From Macrostomum hystrix (lineage: Eukaryota > Animalia > Platyhelminthes): a DNA stretch of 64,000 bases. Each line of letters opens with the position of its first letter. The stretch's first letter is position 1. The position numbers and the translations under genes were made by a program. The notes below the pieces were generated by a model. That model was not told the DNA's origin. It was given only the letters and a program-made list of their open reading frames with translations, and searched no databases. The stretch covers positions 3,968,001-4,032,000 of the forward strand of contig CATNEN010000025.1 of the NCBI GenBank assembly GCA_950097015.1, in the 5' to 3' direction. Below, piece after piece: positions 35,446 through 47,800 of this stretch.

Positions 35446-36068
35446 TAGAGTCGCTGAGTTGGGAGTTCAGTAGACTTCAAAAAATGCATCACTATCAGAA
35501 ATAAAACAATTAAAAATATTCAATTTGAAAATGTTTGCCGCGTGGACGAGAATTGGATGGTCTGCTAGCTGCGACTGATGTGTCCATCTTTGGTCAGGTG
35601 TACATTGTTTAATAGTCTGGAGCACGTTGCTTCTGGGGGAGCGCGTCGCCAGAGGTGCGGGTATGTTTGAGTTCAGACAGACAGAATGAGTCTGCTCTGA
35701 AATCCAGAAGGATTTTGTCCAATCCAGTGTGGCTTATCCAGGATAGAGACAATTTCATTATACTCGTAACTGTGAGCTTTGGCCAAAGTTTCTCCGCGCA
35801 ACAATGAACATTAGAAGATGACTTTCAATCCAAATCAATATCCAAATGTTTCTTATTTTTTTTATATTACAAATTGCTATTTGTAAAATTTTCCTAAAAA
35901 ATGATACTTTACCTTTTTTTCTTAAGCATTCAATTAAATAAAAGCGTGCATGCAGCCAATTTTAAACAAAATTTCCGGTGTTTCCGCTATTTCATGAAGT
36001 CTCCAAAATTTTAATTTCTTGCATAGTCATGTGTGTTTACTCAATTTCGTGTGTTATTGATCCAATGA

Positions 36069-36375
36069 GGTTGTAGCCTTGTGGTTAGAGCGTCGAACTG
36101 ACAACTTGAAGGTCGGGGGTTCGATTCCAGACTCCGGGACTGGAGCAATTTGTATCCTTTAGCAAGACACTTGACTCTGCGCTGCTTCAGTTAACACAGC
36201 TGTTAAATGGGTACCAGCATCAGCTGGGGGTAATTGAGGGTGGGTGTGGCGTCCCCCCAGTCCATGGACTGAACAGCCGTACGCAGTCTTCAGATGCACC
36301 GCGCAATATCTGCGGCTGTGCTGTCGGCTGCACATCTGGCACAATTGGGGCAGGTGTAAACAACAACTACTACTG
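36069..36375 (+). mobile_element. tRNA-derived SINE, family A (full length)
   Basis: A box tagccttgtggttagagc, B box ggttcgattcc, conserved body cagctgttaaatgggtaccagc...cagtccatggactgaacag; further copies in the window. Confidence 0.8.
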
Positions 36376-37249
36376 CTATTTTCATTTTTATTTATTCTAC
36401 ATAAATCGTGGCAGTTTGATTTTATTGACAGTCAAACAAATTTTTAATTTATATTTTTTAGCTCTTTAACGAATGCAGTATTACTGGATGCGATCTGTAG
36501 CAGACGAGTTAGAACTATGCTAAATGAATTATCAAATCCACCCAGTTATTGAAACTTTTTTTAATTTTTAAAACAAAAAAAATGTAATTCACAGTGCGCC
36601 GTCTTGCATCCTTTTCACAAGCTTTTAACTCCTTTGTCATAGATAGGTCATCGAAGTTAAAACTAGACAAAAACATTTAAAGACGCATTCAAATATATCC
36701 GTTGAAAAAAAAGTGCACTTAGATGATCGAATTGTAATGCGTGTCAGAAAAAGCAGTAACACGTATACGTATTAAACAAGTTTGAGGAGAAATTTCTGTG
36801 GCTTACTTTGAAATGTTGGGTAATGCAGCGAACAAACTTTTCTGAGGCAAAAACAGGTATAAAATTTGATTTGTTTTAAACGATTCCAGAAAGGCTCTTG
36901 TTATAAGACAATTTTGCTCGCTGCATGCACACTTGTTATGACACAAAAATTTAGCGGCTCTAATAATGCATTTCTAATGCTGAAACTGAGAAAATGGAGA
37001 ATTCACTGCATAAAAAACGCATGACTATTGATATAGCTACGAGTAGAAATGTTTGATTGAACAGATGTCATGAAATTAACAGGTCTTAAACACAATTTTT
37101 CATCCTTCTTCTTAAGTTTCTTCAGTGGCGAATGTAATTGCTACGGTTACGAAAATAAAATGATTTAATAAAAACTGATGTGTGTAACAAAAAACGGTTA
37201 AAATATGATAATATCCGAAATGGGATGGTTTTCAGTAGGGACTTTTTAT

Positions 37250-37945
37250 TGAGCTATTCTGTTGCATTAGGGATTCCTCAAATTATGATTAGTCGTTCGG
37301 GAGCATTAGGGATTCCCCGAATCATGATTAGCTATTCTTGTGCATTAGGGATTCCCAAAATCATGATTAGCCATTCGGGTGCATTAGGGATTCCCCTAAT
37401 TATTATTAGCCTTAGCCTTAGCGTTGGGGATTCCCCAAAACATGATTAGCTATTCGGGTGAATTAGTGATTCCCCAAATCATGATTAGCCATTCTGATAC
37501 ATTAGGGATTCCCCAAATCATGATTAGCCATTCTGATACATTAGGGATTCCCCAAATCATGATTAGCCATTCTGATACATTAGGTATTCCCCAAATCATG
37601 AATAGCCATTCTGATACATTAGGTATTCCCCAAATCATGAATAGCCATTCTGGTGCATTAGGGATTCCCTAAATCATGATTAGCCATTCTGGTGCATTAG
37701 GGATTCCCCAAATCATGATTAGCCATTCTGATACATTAGGTATTCCCCAAATCATGAATAGCCATTCTGGTGCATTAGGGATTCCCCAAATCATGATTAG
37801 CCATTCTGATACATTAGGTATTCCCCAAATCATGAATAGCCATTCTGATACATTAGGTATTCCCCAAATCATGAATAGCCATTCTGGTGCATTAGGGATT
37901 CCCTAAATCATGATTAGCCATTCTGGTGCATTAGGGATTCCCCAA
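37250..37945. repeat. 39-bp minisatellite (atgattagccattctgatacattagggattccccaaatc)
   Basis: Direct; 13-aa periodicity in the ORF track. Confidence 0.9.
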
Positions 37946-38369
37946 GCCATTCTGGATTTGATATATTCGTACTTTGGGATTACCCTATTCGCGCAAGCTG
38001 TTTTATTACAAAATTTTGGGATTCATAGTGTGAAGGACAGCAATAAAGTAATAGCAATACGATTTTATTTAGACTATGTTTTTATCTGATTACTTATCCG
38101 ATCCGTATAAAGCATTCAGTTGCAAAGCAGACTATTCAAAAAACTTTTTTCTTCAGAAATTTTTTTGACTTGTTGCACTTAAAATACACCTAACGACTAT
38201 ATTAAGAGCCGCATTTTCAAAAGAATGTACAAACGAAATAAATCAAAATGAGCGAAAACAATACCCCCAGGTCTCGAAATGTTTGTTTAAAATTGTTTTA
38301 ATTCTTTTTCATTTATCAAATATGCATTCAACATTCCGCAATCACGATTCCACAGTTGTCACAAATTTT

Positions 38370-38730
38370 ACAGCACCTGTTCCACGGCTGCCGCACCTGT
38401 TACAGAACCTATTTCACGGGGTACCGCACCAGTCACATGGGATGTCACACCTGTCACATGGGATGTCACACCTGTCACATAGGATGTCACACCTTCACAT
38501 GGGATGTCACACTTGTCACACAGGGTGCCACACCTGTCACACGGGTGCCACACCTGTCACAAGGGTGCCACACCTGTTACAAAACCTGTTACACGGGTTG
38601 CCACACCTGTTACATCACCTGTTACAAAACCTGTTACACGGGGTGCCACACCTGTTACATCACCTGTTACAAAACCTGTTACACGGGGTACCACCCTGTT
38701 ACATCACCTGTTACAAAACCTGCTACACGA
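38370..38730. repeat. Degenerate minisatellite (cacacctgtcaca/cctgttacaaaa units)
   Basis: Direct. Confidence 0.8.
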
Positions 38731-38859
38731 TGTGCCTTATATTCAGTCTGGTTGCAAAGTGCTTGAATGAAACAATGCAGCATAGATTTCTAGCTAAATC
38801 AAACAGCGCATGCATGTTGGCGCCAAAAGGCAGGCTGAGCAACAACCCCACTCCCCGAA

Positions 38860-41800
38860 TCACAGATCAGTGGCCGGCGGGCTGTCCTCGCCAGGATTGA
38901 ATCCGCCAGTCAGCGGCTGTTCAAGCAGCGGCTCCGAGTGCTTGGAGCACCGCCTGGAGCTGCCGGCGCCCGATCGCTGATCCTTCGTGCGCAGCCGCAG
39001 CCGCTTCTTCCAATAGGCTCGGCCGAGCTTCTGCGAGTGCTGCGCGTGGCTGGCGCCTTCAACAACCAGCTTGCGCATCTGCTTCACCTTGCCGCCAGCG
39101 AAGCTGTTCACCTTGGCCAGGAGGGCCCTAGTGGCGTACTCCTGCACCGAGTTCTTGGACACGTGCACAATCTGGGAGTGAGAATAGTACAGCATGAAGT
39201 GGTTCACCAGTATAGGCACGGTGAATGCTATCAGTAGGAGGCCGCTGAGCGCGCACGCGGAACCAACAATGCGACCTGCGTTGTTTTTTTGGTTGAGAGA
39301 ATCTCGTATTGATATCATATTGGAGCGAGATGAAGCTATCGGAGTGCAGCCAGAGAGGCGAGGCCCTGTCTCATCCAAGCGGCAACTCTGTGGCGTCCCG
39401 ATTTTCATGAGAGGGTTTTCTGCTCTTTTGGAGGCTGATTTCCATGCTCCTCCGTCTCCTTCTCTGCCTCTGCCACTTCTCTCTCTCCCCGCCCCTTCTC
39501 TCCCTCCGCCCTTCTCTACCTCTGCCCGCCCCTTCTCTACCTTTGCCCCCTCTCTACCTCTGCCCCCTCTCTCCCTGCCCCTTCCCTCCCTCCGCCCTTC
39601 TCTACCTCTGCCCGCCCCTTCTCTACCTCTGCCCCCTCTCTACCTCTGCCCCCTCTCTACCTGCCCCTTCCCTCCCTCCGCCCTTCTCTACCTCTGCCCG
39701 CCCCTTCTCTACCTTTGCCCCCTCTCTGCTCGCACTGGCGGGACACAGTGCCTGTGAGGTATGAGTCAGACCAGGCCCACGGGCTAAGGTCTGCGATGCC
39801 TCACACCTGCAGTCGCTTTTTGAGCAGGCTTGGCAGGAAGGAGACCTGTGCCTTCGGGTGCAGGAATCCCTCCACGCTGTCCCGTCAGCTGACCCATGGG
39901 TACACGCCCCGCGAGTGTTCAAGGCTGCCCCTAGGGCAGCCGGACAGAATGGGCAACAGCGCTGGATGACCCATCCAGGGCCTCTGGCCAAACTGGGTAC
40001 CTCTAGCCCCGGCTGGAGGGAAAGGTGCCACCCATTGACCTTAACAGGGTATGCGGCCAGTCCGCAGTTTTCGTGCACCTGTGCGTGATCAGGTACCTCT
40101 GGCTACGGCTCTGAGGGAAAGGTGTTACCCTTTGACCTTAACAGGGTATGCGGCCAGTCCGCAGCTTCGTGCACCTGTGCGTGATCAGGTACCTCTGGCT
40201 ACGGCTCTGAGGGAAAGGTGTCACCCTTTGACCTTAACAGGGTATGCGGCCAGTCCGCAGCCTCGTGCACCTGTGCGTGATCAGGTACCTCTGGCTACGG
40301 CTCTGAGGAAATGGTGTTACCCTTTGACCTTAACAGGGTATGCGGCCAGTCCGCAGCTTCGTGCACCTGTGCGTGATCAGGTACCTCTGGCTACGGCTCT
40401 GAGGAAATGGTACTACCCTTTGACCCTAACAGGGTATGCGGCCAGTCCGCAGGCCTCGGTACCGGCCTTTTGGTACCCTCTAATGTCCCCAGTGCATCCG
40501 TGCTGCTGGGCTTTGCCGGACTTCAGTCCGCGCTTTGGTTGGGGAGTATTCCAGCCGCTAACGGTGCCTTTTTGCTGCTCCCGGCTGGCTTGGGGTGTCG
40601 GCCAGTCGGGCTTTTCTCACTCGTTAACGAGCAGCCCCCCACCTGCTTTTCAGCCATGGCCTCGCCCATCTCTTCTTTCGAAACCGAGCTAAACTCGGCC
40701 GCTCCGGACGCTGCCACTGGCAGGTCCCACGTCCTCGGTGCAGCTGGTGGGACTGAGAATCCCGCCACTGAAATCGTCGACCAGAATAAACGCAACCCGA
40801 GCCGCAAGCGCTCGGAGGAAGCGCGTGTAAGGCGCAACCAGAAGCGCAACGAACGCCGCCGTAATGCTGCGGCGGCCGCGACTGGTGGGCGCCCGACACC
40901 TGCACACGAGGCGGGTGCGAAAGATGCGGCAGGGCCACCTGGATCCGCCGCCCCCCCCACCGCCGCTCCGGCCAGCACCATCTCCAAGGCCGGCACCGAC
41001 GCCGACGGAAAGAGCGTGGAAGGCGCAGCAGGGCCATCTGGAGCCGCCGCCCCCACCGCCATCACGGCCACCACCACCCACAAGGCCGGCACGTCCAACG
41101 CCAGCAAGGCCAAGGAGACCTATGCCTCCAAAGCCAAGCGGGAGCCTGTCCAGCCGGCGATCATTGTGGTCGGCGAGGAACAGGACCTCTCAAACGAGCA
41201 GCTCAAAAGCATGCTCAGGACCATCGACGAGGGCCTCACGGACCTGGCACTGGCAGGGACACCAGTCAGCGTTGTCAGGTCCGAAGCGCAGGAGGGGGCT
41301 GTCCTCCTCTGGTGCAAATCGGCGGGGGATAGCCGCCTACTGCGCGATCGGATCAAAGACTTCAAGTGGGGCACCGATGTCGGAAGACTGAGGTGCACCA
41401 CCGAGTCCGAGCGTCCACGGACCCGACGTCATCGTGTCTGGGTCCCCGACGCCTGCTCAATCCGGTCCGGGGACCAACTTCGGCAGCTGCTGCTGAAGAT
41501 GAACCCGGACCTCCCAGCCTCCGGGCTGATCTGCCACGAAACCGTCCGCAAAGAAGCGGAGGGTTTCACGGCGATCTACGGCTTCTCCGAAGCCTGGTCC
41601 AAAAGGATCCCTCACAAGAGCGTAATCAAACCGGGACTCTACCCGCTGACCATCCTGGATTGTCAGGAGAGGAAGGCCGGGGAGGGATCGGAAAATAAGC
41701 GGGCCGCTCCTGGCTCTGGGGCGAAAGCTCCGCCAGCTAAGCGGCATGCAACGTCCGCGGACCCCCGCCCGGGCAAAAATATCCGCATCGCCGAATCCGG

Positions 41801-44800
41801 CCCCCGAGATCGTAGACCAGCCCGCAACAACCGCAAATCGGGCCTGGTCTTGCGGGCGCTCAGCGAAGCCCGAGCGCTCAGAGAGCACCTGGAGCGCTCC
41901 CGCGCTACAAAAGCGCAAACCTCCCTTCCTCCCAGCCAGCCGCAAAGTGCCGGGACCCACGGAGCGGTGGCCACCGACTGGTCTGAGGATCCCCCTCACC
42001 GGAAGGAGGCTGCCATCCACACGGACCCGACCCCCGAGGGCGAGGCGTCGAGTGACGGCAGCGACTGCACCGTTGTTGGGTGGAGCGGCCGGGACACGCA
42101 GCGGTCAGAGCAGCAGCTCTCCGCAGCGATTCCCGCCGTTCCCTCCACAGCGGTTGCGGGCGCGCCGCTACTCATGGAGGTCTGCAGCCCGACCCCGTCT
42201 GAGGAGGACGAGCTGCTCAAGGAGACTCCCGCTGGACCATGATCGGCCACACTGGGATCACCTGCCTGCAGGTTAACCTGCAACACTGCATAGCTGCATC
42301 CGTCAATCTGATGCGCTATGTCGAGCTCAACATGCCGGGTCTCATCCTCGTCCAGGAGCCGTGGACTCATAAAGGTAAGCCTCAAAATGTACCCAATGGG
42401 TATCACTGCCTCTACAACAGCCGTCACTGGGAGAACCAAACTCCCAGGGCGTGCATCCTCGTGAGAGACTCCCTCAACGCCTGGCACAGACCCGACCTTT
42501 CTGATCGGGACACCTGTGTCATCCAGACGGAGAACATCCTCCCAGGAAAAACCGTCTTAATCGCCTCGGTTTACTTACCGGGCGACAGGCCGGCAGTCCC
42601 TGAGGAGCTGATCTCTCTGATTGAAACCTGCGCTGCCAAAAACTATGAGCTCATAGTGGCTGGCGATATTAACGCCCACCACACCCACTGGGGGAGCTCT
42701 GACATTAACTCGAGAGGCGAGGACCTCCTTGCCTACATCTTAACCACGTCCCTGGAGTTCTGCAACACAGGGAGCACCCCGACCTTTGACAATGGCCGGT
42801 GGTCTGAGGTCATCGACGCCACTCTAGCCACACCTGGGCTCTACCAGAGCCTTAGGGAGTGGCAGGTTCTGCCGGAGACCTCCCTCTCCGATCACAAATA
42901 CATCTCTTTCCAACTGGCGGGTGCACGCTGCACTAACCAGATCACTTGGAAAAGGAACGCTAGGAATACCGATTGGGAAGCCTTCAGGCATAACCTCGAA
43001 GGAACCCAACGAAACCTAAGCCCCCCCGCCAACACCTGCGATGAAGCGGATGAGCTAGCTGAGTTTCTCACCAACTCGCTGACCACCGCCTTCGAGGCCT
43101 CCTGCCCCCTCAAAGCTTACAGAGGCAAAACTTCGGCCCCATGGTGGAATCCGCAGCTCGGCGAGCTCCGTCGAACGGCGAAGCGGCTGCACCGCAGGGC
43201 CACGAAGACAAAAAACCCGGCTGATCAGGCTGCGTATCTCGAAGCCATCCATAGCTTCAAGAAGGAAGTCAGAAACGCCAAAAACAGCAAGTGGCGGCAA
43301 TACTGTGAGGAGCTTGAGGGCACTCGCCCCACCTCCAGAATTGTCAAAGCCCTCACGCTGGACAAAATGTCCAAGCTTTCGACGGTGAGGAAGGCCGATG
43401 GCCGACCCACCGAGAACCCTGGGGAAACGCTCGACACTATGCTCACAGCCTTTTTCCCCAGCGTGCCAGCAGGGACAGACCCCCCGGATCACACCGAGGG
43501 AGGTCATATCCTTGCGACGTCCATCATTACTGAAGACCGGGTTACCAAGGCAGCCCAGTCTTTCAAACCTTTCAAATCCCCGGGGCCGGACGGCATTATA
43601 CCAGCCTTCATCCGCGAGGCGGTAAAATGCCATGGCTTCCTCACTAATCTTTGCAAGCTCCTTAAGGCCTGCATTGTGCTTGGGTATGTTCCGAAGGCAT
43701 GGACCGAGGCGAGGGTGGTTTTTATCCCCAAGCCAGGCCGCCCGGACTACCATTCCATTAAATCGTTTCGGCCAATTAGCCTTACCTCCACCATGGTCAA
43801 ACTGATGGAGAGATTGGTGCTCTGGCGCCTCCTCTCTGTGGAGCTGAAAAATATGCCACTAAGCGGCAATCAACACGCCTTTCGGTCGGGACGTTCCACC
43901 GAAAGCGCTCTCCACGCTCTGGTGGACGCTCTGGAAAAGGCCGTCCTCGGGAACGGCTTTGCCCTGAGCATCTTCCTGGATATTGACGGGGCCTTCGACA
44001 ACGTTCTCTTCGAGGCGTTTGACAGGGCCCTACGTATGCGGCACACGCATTCGCATCTTAGGAGGTGGATCATGTACATGGTCCGCCACCGCACTGCTAC
44101 GGCACACCTTCTTGGACACCAGCGGACGGTCACTGTCTGCAAAGGTTGCCCACAAGGCGGCGTCCTCTCACCAGTTCTCTGGAACATGGTTATCGACGAG
44201 CTCTTACGAGACTCTCAGCCAGACCCCATCCTAAAGGTCGGCTATGCGGATGATGTTACGGCAGTGGCATCTGGCCCGGTACCAGAGGCCCTCCGAGACC
44301 TTCTGCAAAACTTTATCAACAACGCCGAAAGATGGGCAACTCGCTGCGGTCTGAAGCTCTCCGAGTCTAAGACAGCGGCGATCATGTTCACCAGCAAAAA
44401 CAAATGGCATATTCGCCCCCTGCAGCTGTATGGAAAGGACATCACCTTCCAGAAGCAAACTAAATGCCTGGGCATAACGCTCGATCACAGGCTCAGCTGG
44501 ACTCCTCATGTCCATGCCAAAGCCAAAAAGGCCTTTGCGATCCTGGCGCAGCTGCGCAGGGCGGTGGGCAACACGTGGGGTCTCACCCCCAAACGCCTAT
44601 GGTGGATCTACACTGCTATGGTCAGGCCGGCTGTCTCGTACGCCGGACTGATCTGGGCTAGTGCCCTTCAGCTTAAGACCTGCCATGAGACTCTTCGGAG
44701 AGTGCAAGGTCGCGCATGTCGGACGATCATGAGCGCCCCGCCATCCGCCCCCTTCGATGGCCTCAACGCCTTCTTGAACATCCTCCCGCTCGATATCTTT

Positions 44801-47800
44801 ATCCGCGGGGAGGCGGCAAAAACCGCCCGGCGTCTCCTTGATGCCGGTGTGCGCTTCGTCCCCCAACGAGCGGCAGCGAAGCGAAAGCTCCTGCCGCACA
44901 CGGACCTTTGCCTGAGAGACTTGGGTGCGAGCAACGGAATCAATGTCCTTACGGACGGTGAACCGTGCTCGCTCAACCTCCTTCAGCGCTTTAAGGTTCT
45001 CATCCCCACCAGGGACCAAGTTAGCGACCACTGGAACACCCAGGAGGTCCACTGCTACACGGACGGATCCATGAAGGATGGCTCCGCTGGCTTCGGGGTC
45101 TGTATCCTTATCAACGGACGTGTTGTCGCCACACACGCCCAACACACTGGAAAATCCTCGAGCGTTTTCCAGAACGAGGTCCTGGCCATCAGCTCCTGCG
45201 CTGCGGAGTTGAATGAGAAAAACATCTCAGGCAGGACTATCATCTTTCACTCGGACAGTCAGGCTGCTCTGCAAGCCCTCTGTCACACCACCACAACCTC
45301 CCGGACAGTCTCCGACTGTGTCCGGCAGCTCAATAACCTGGCCGGTAAGAATACCGTCAGACTTCAGTGGATACCAGGGCACGCCGGTTTCCCTGGTAAC
45401 GAGCTTGCTGACCACCTGGCCAAGCAGGGAGGAGCCAGCTCTGCGCCGGGCCCCTCCCCCCCGGCTCCGATTCCGAGCACCGTCATTTATCGTCAGATTA
45501 ATGATTGGACCGCCAACCTCCATCTTACCCGGTGGAGAAGCACCACTAACTGCCGCCAATCCAAAGCGGCAGTTCCAGTGCCATCCGCTCGGCTCCGGAA
45601 GGTCCTTCTGAACCAGACCCGGAAGGACATCCGGGCCCTCACCATGACCCTCACGGGCCATGGCTGCTACGCCAGACACTGTTTCCTCCGTGGAGACCTC
45701 CGGAGTGAGCTGTGCCCTTTCTGCAACCTTGAGGACGAGGATGCCCTGCACTTCGTCTGCCACTGCCCTTTCTTCACCAGAGAGAGGCTCAATCACCTCG
45801 GACCAAACCCATCAATGGACGATGTTTGCAGATCCGAGAACATCCCGCGGCTCGTCCGGTTCCTAAGGGCTACCAGACGAGCCTCTTTCTTCCCCAGCGA
45901 GGAACAAGCTGCAGGAAGGACCGAACACGGACCTCCCTGACTGGCCCCGCGCCATCGGCCGATTGCGGGTCTTTCAGGGATTAGCGGAATGGGCGACTCC
46001 CGCCTCCCCGCTGCGTCCGTCGGACCGCCCTGCAGATAAGTCAAGTAAGTCAAGCCCCCTCTCTACCTCTGCCCCCTCTCTCCCTGCCCCTTCCCTCCCT
46101 CCGCCCTTCTCTACCTCTGCCCGCCCCTTCTCTACCTCTGCCCCCTCTCTACCTCTGCCCCCTCTCTACCTCTGCCCCTTCTCTACCTCTGCTACTTCTC
46201 TACCTCTGCCCCTTCTCGACCTCTGCTACTTCTCTACCTCTGCCCCTTCTCTACCTCTGCTACTTCTCTACCTCTGCCCCTTCTCTACCTCTGCTACTTC
46301 TCTACCTCTGCCCCCTCTCTCCCTGCCCCTTCCCTCCCTCCGCCCTTCTCTACCTCTGCCCGCCCCTTCTCTACCTCTGCCCCCTCTCTACCTCTGCCCC
46401 CTCTCTACCTCTGCCCCTTCTCTACCTCTGCTACTTCTCTACCTCTGCCCCTTCTCGACCTCTGCTACTTCTCTACCTCTGCCCCTTCTCTACCTCTGCT
46501 ACTTCTCTACCTCTGCCCCTTCTCTACCTCTGCTACTTCTCTACCTCTGCCCCTTCTCTACCTCTGCTACTTCTCTACCTCTGCCCCTTCTCTACCTCTG
46601 CTACTTCTCTACCTCTGCCCCTTCTCTACCTCTGCTACTTCTCTACCTCTGCCACTTCTCTACCTCTGCTACTTCTCTACCTCTGCCCCTTCTCTACCTC
46701 TGCCCCCTCTCTACCTCTGCCCCCTCTCTACCTCTGCCCCTTCTCTACCTCTGCTACTTCTCTACCTCTGCCCCTTCTCTACCTCTGCTACTTCTCTACC
46801 TCTGCCCCTTCTCTACCTCTGCTACTTCTCTACCTCTGCCCCTTCTCTACCTCTGCTACTTCTCTACCTCTGCCCCTTCTCTACCTCTGCCCCCTCTCTA
46901 CCTCTGCCCCCTCTCTACCTCTGCCCCTTCTCTACCTCTGCTACTTCTCTACCTCTGCCCCTTCTCTACCTCTGCTACTTCTCTACCTCTGCCCCTTCTC
47001 TACCTCTGCCCCCATCAGCATTGGTAGTTGGTACCAGCATTAACCAACTCGGATTTGGTTTCTCCCCCCAGTCTACAGATTTCGTTTCATGCACATGTTT
47101 TGCTGCGCAAAAAAATACTGAATCGTGACCACCTAGCATATGCCTGCGTCTGCATCTTAAGAAGCCTCCACCCGTTCGCCACAATGCGCCAGCTATAATC
47201 ATTTGATTCGTGTTTTTCTTCATGTCCTTCGGCTATGCAGCAGGGATTAGAATGGGCAGTGGCGCCTAAAAATAGATTATATGCTTCTAGATCACGGCAT
47301 GCTCCGTGTGGATGCATCGGTAGATAAAACTCTTACGAAATTATAGCAGTTTGAATGGCAAGCCATGATGGAATATTGCTTCTTTGCTATATCAGGAACC
47401 AATCTCTTCATTGATACCCCTAATCTATCGCAGGCCACGCTAAGCCAGCAATCAAGCAATAAACCATTTTTTATTGTACGCAAAGAAGTTGCTTGTCCGA
47501 TACGCAACTATGATAGGAGGTTTTGTGTTGCTATTATTTGCAATTTTAACGAATCGCAGCTTAGTAACAATACTACAGCAAGGATAGGAGACTGTTCTAT
47601 CTTGTGGGCAATGTTAAAAGTGCACGAAATGTGCATATCTGCGGTAATGCAATAAACTGTATTATTATTTGTTTGTTGTGACAATTTGTGGGAAAACCTG
47701 TTTTCGTGGAGAGTTCGTGCATTGTCTCTTCTGTGTTTTTTTGTTTTTTCTTGGGCTTAACAATTGCTTAAATTGTTTTAATTGGAAGCTTTTAATATTT

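Larger units (their letters stand above)
39728..46054 (+). mobile_element. Full-length non-LTR retrotransposon with RNase H (R1/LOA-like, I group), antisense in a Kv intron
   Basis: Two ORFs overlapping at ATGA. 3' tail taagtcaag x2. ccccctctct flanks both ends (candidate TSD, ambiguous within the repeat). 5' end coincides with the predicted ribozyme cleavage site. Clade assignment is inference. Confidence 0.92.
39455..47012. repeat. CT-rich ~17-bp minisatellite (ctctacctctgcccctt/ctctacctctgctactt) split by the LINE into 39455-39727 and 46055-47012
   Basis: The same units occur on both sides of the element. Confidence 0.9.

Noticed and set aside
40523-45800. Numerous antisense or alternate-frame ORFs in the LINE
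   Set aside because: Shadow ORFs of GC-rich ORF1/ORF2 with no motifs.
45963-47027. 354-aa ORF following ORF2
   Set aside because: Runs through the CT-rich target minisatellite; low-complexity artefact.
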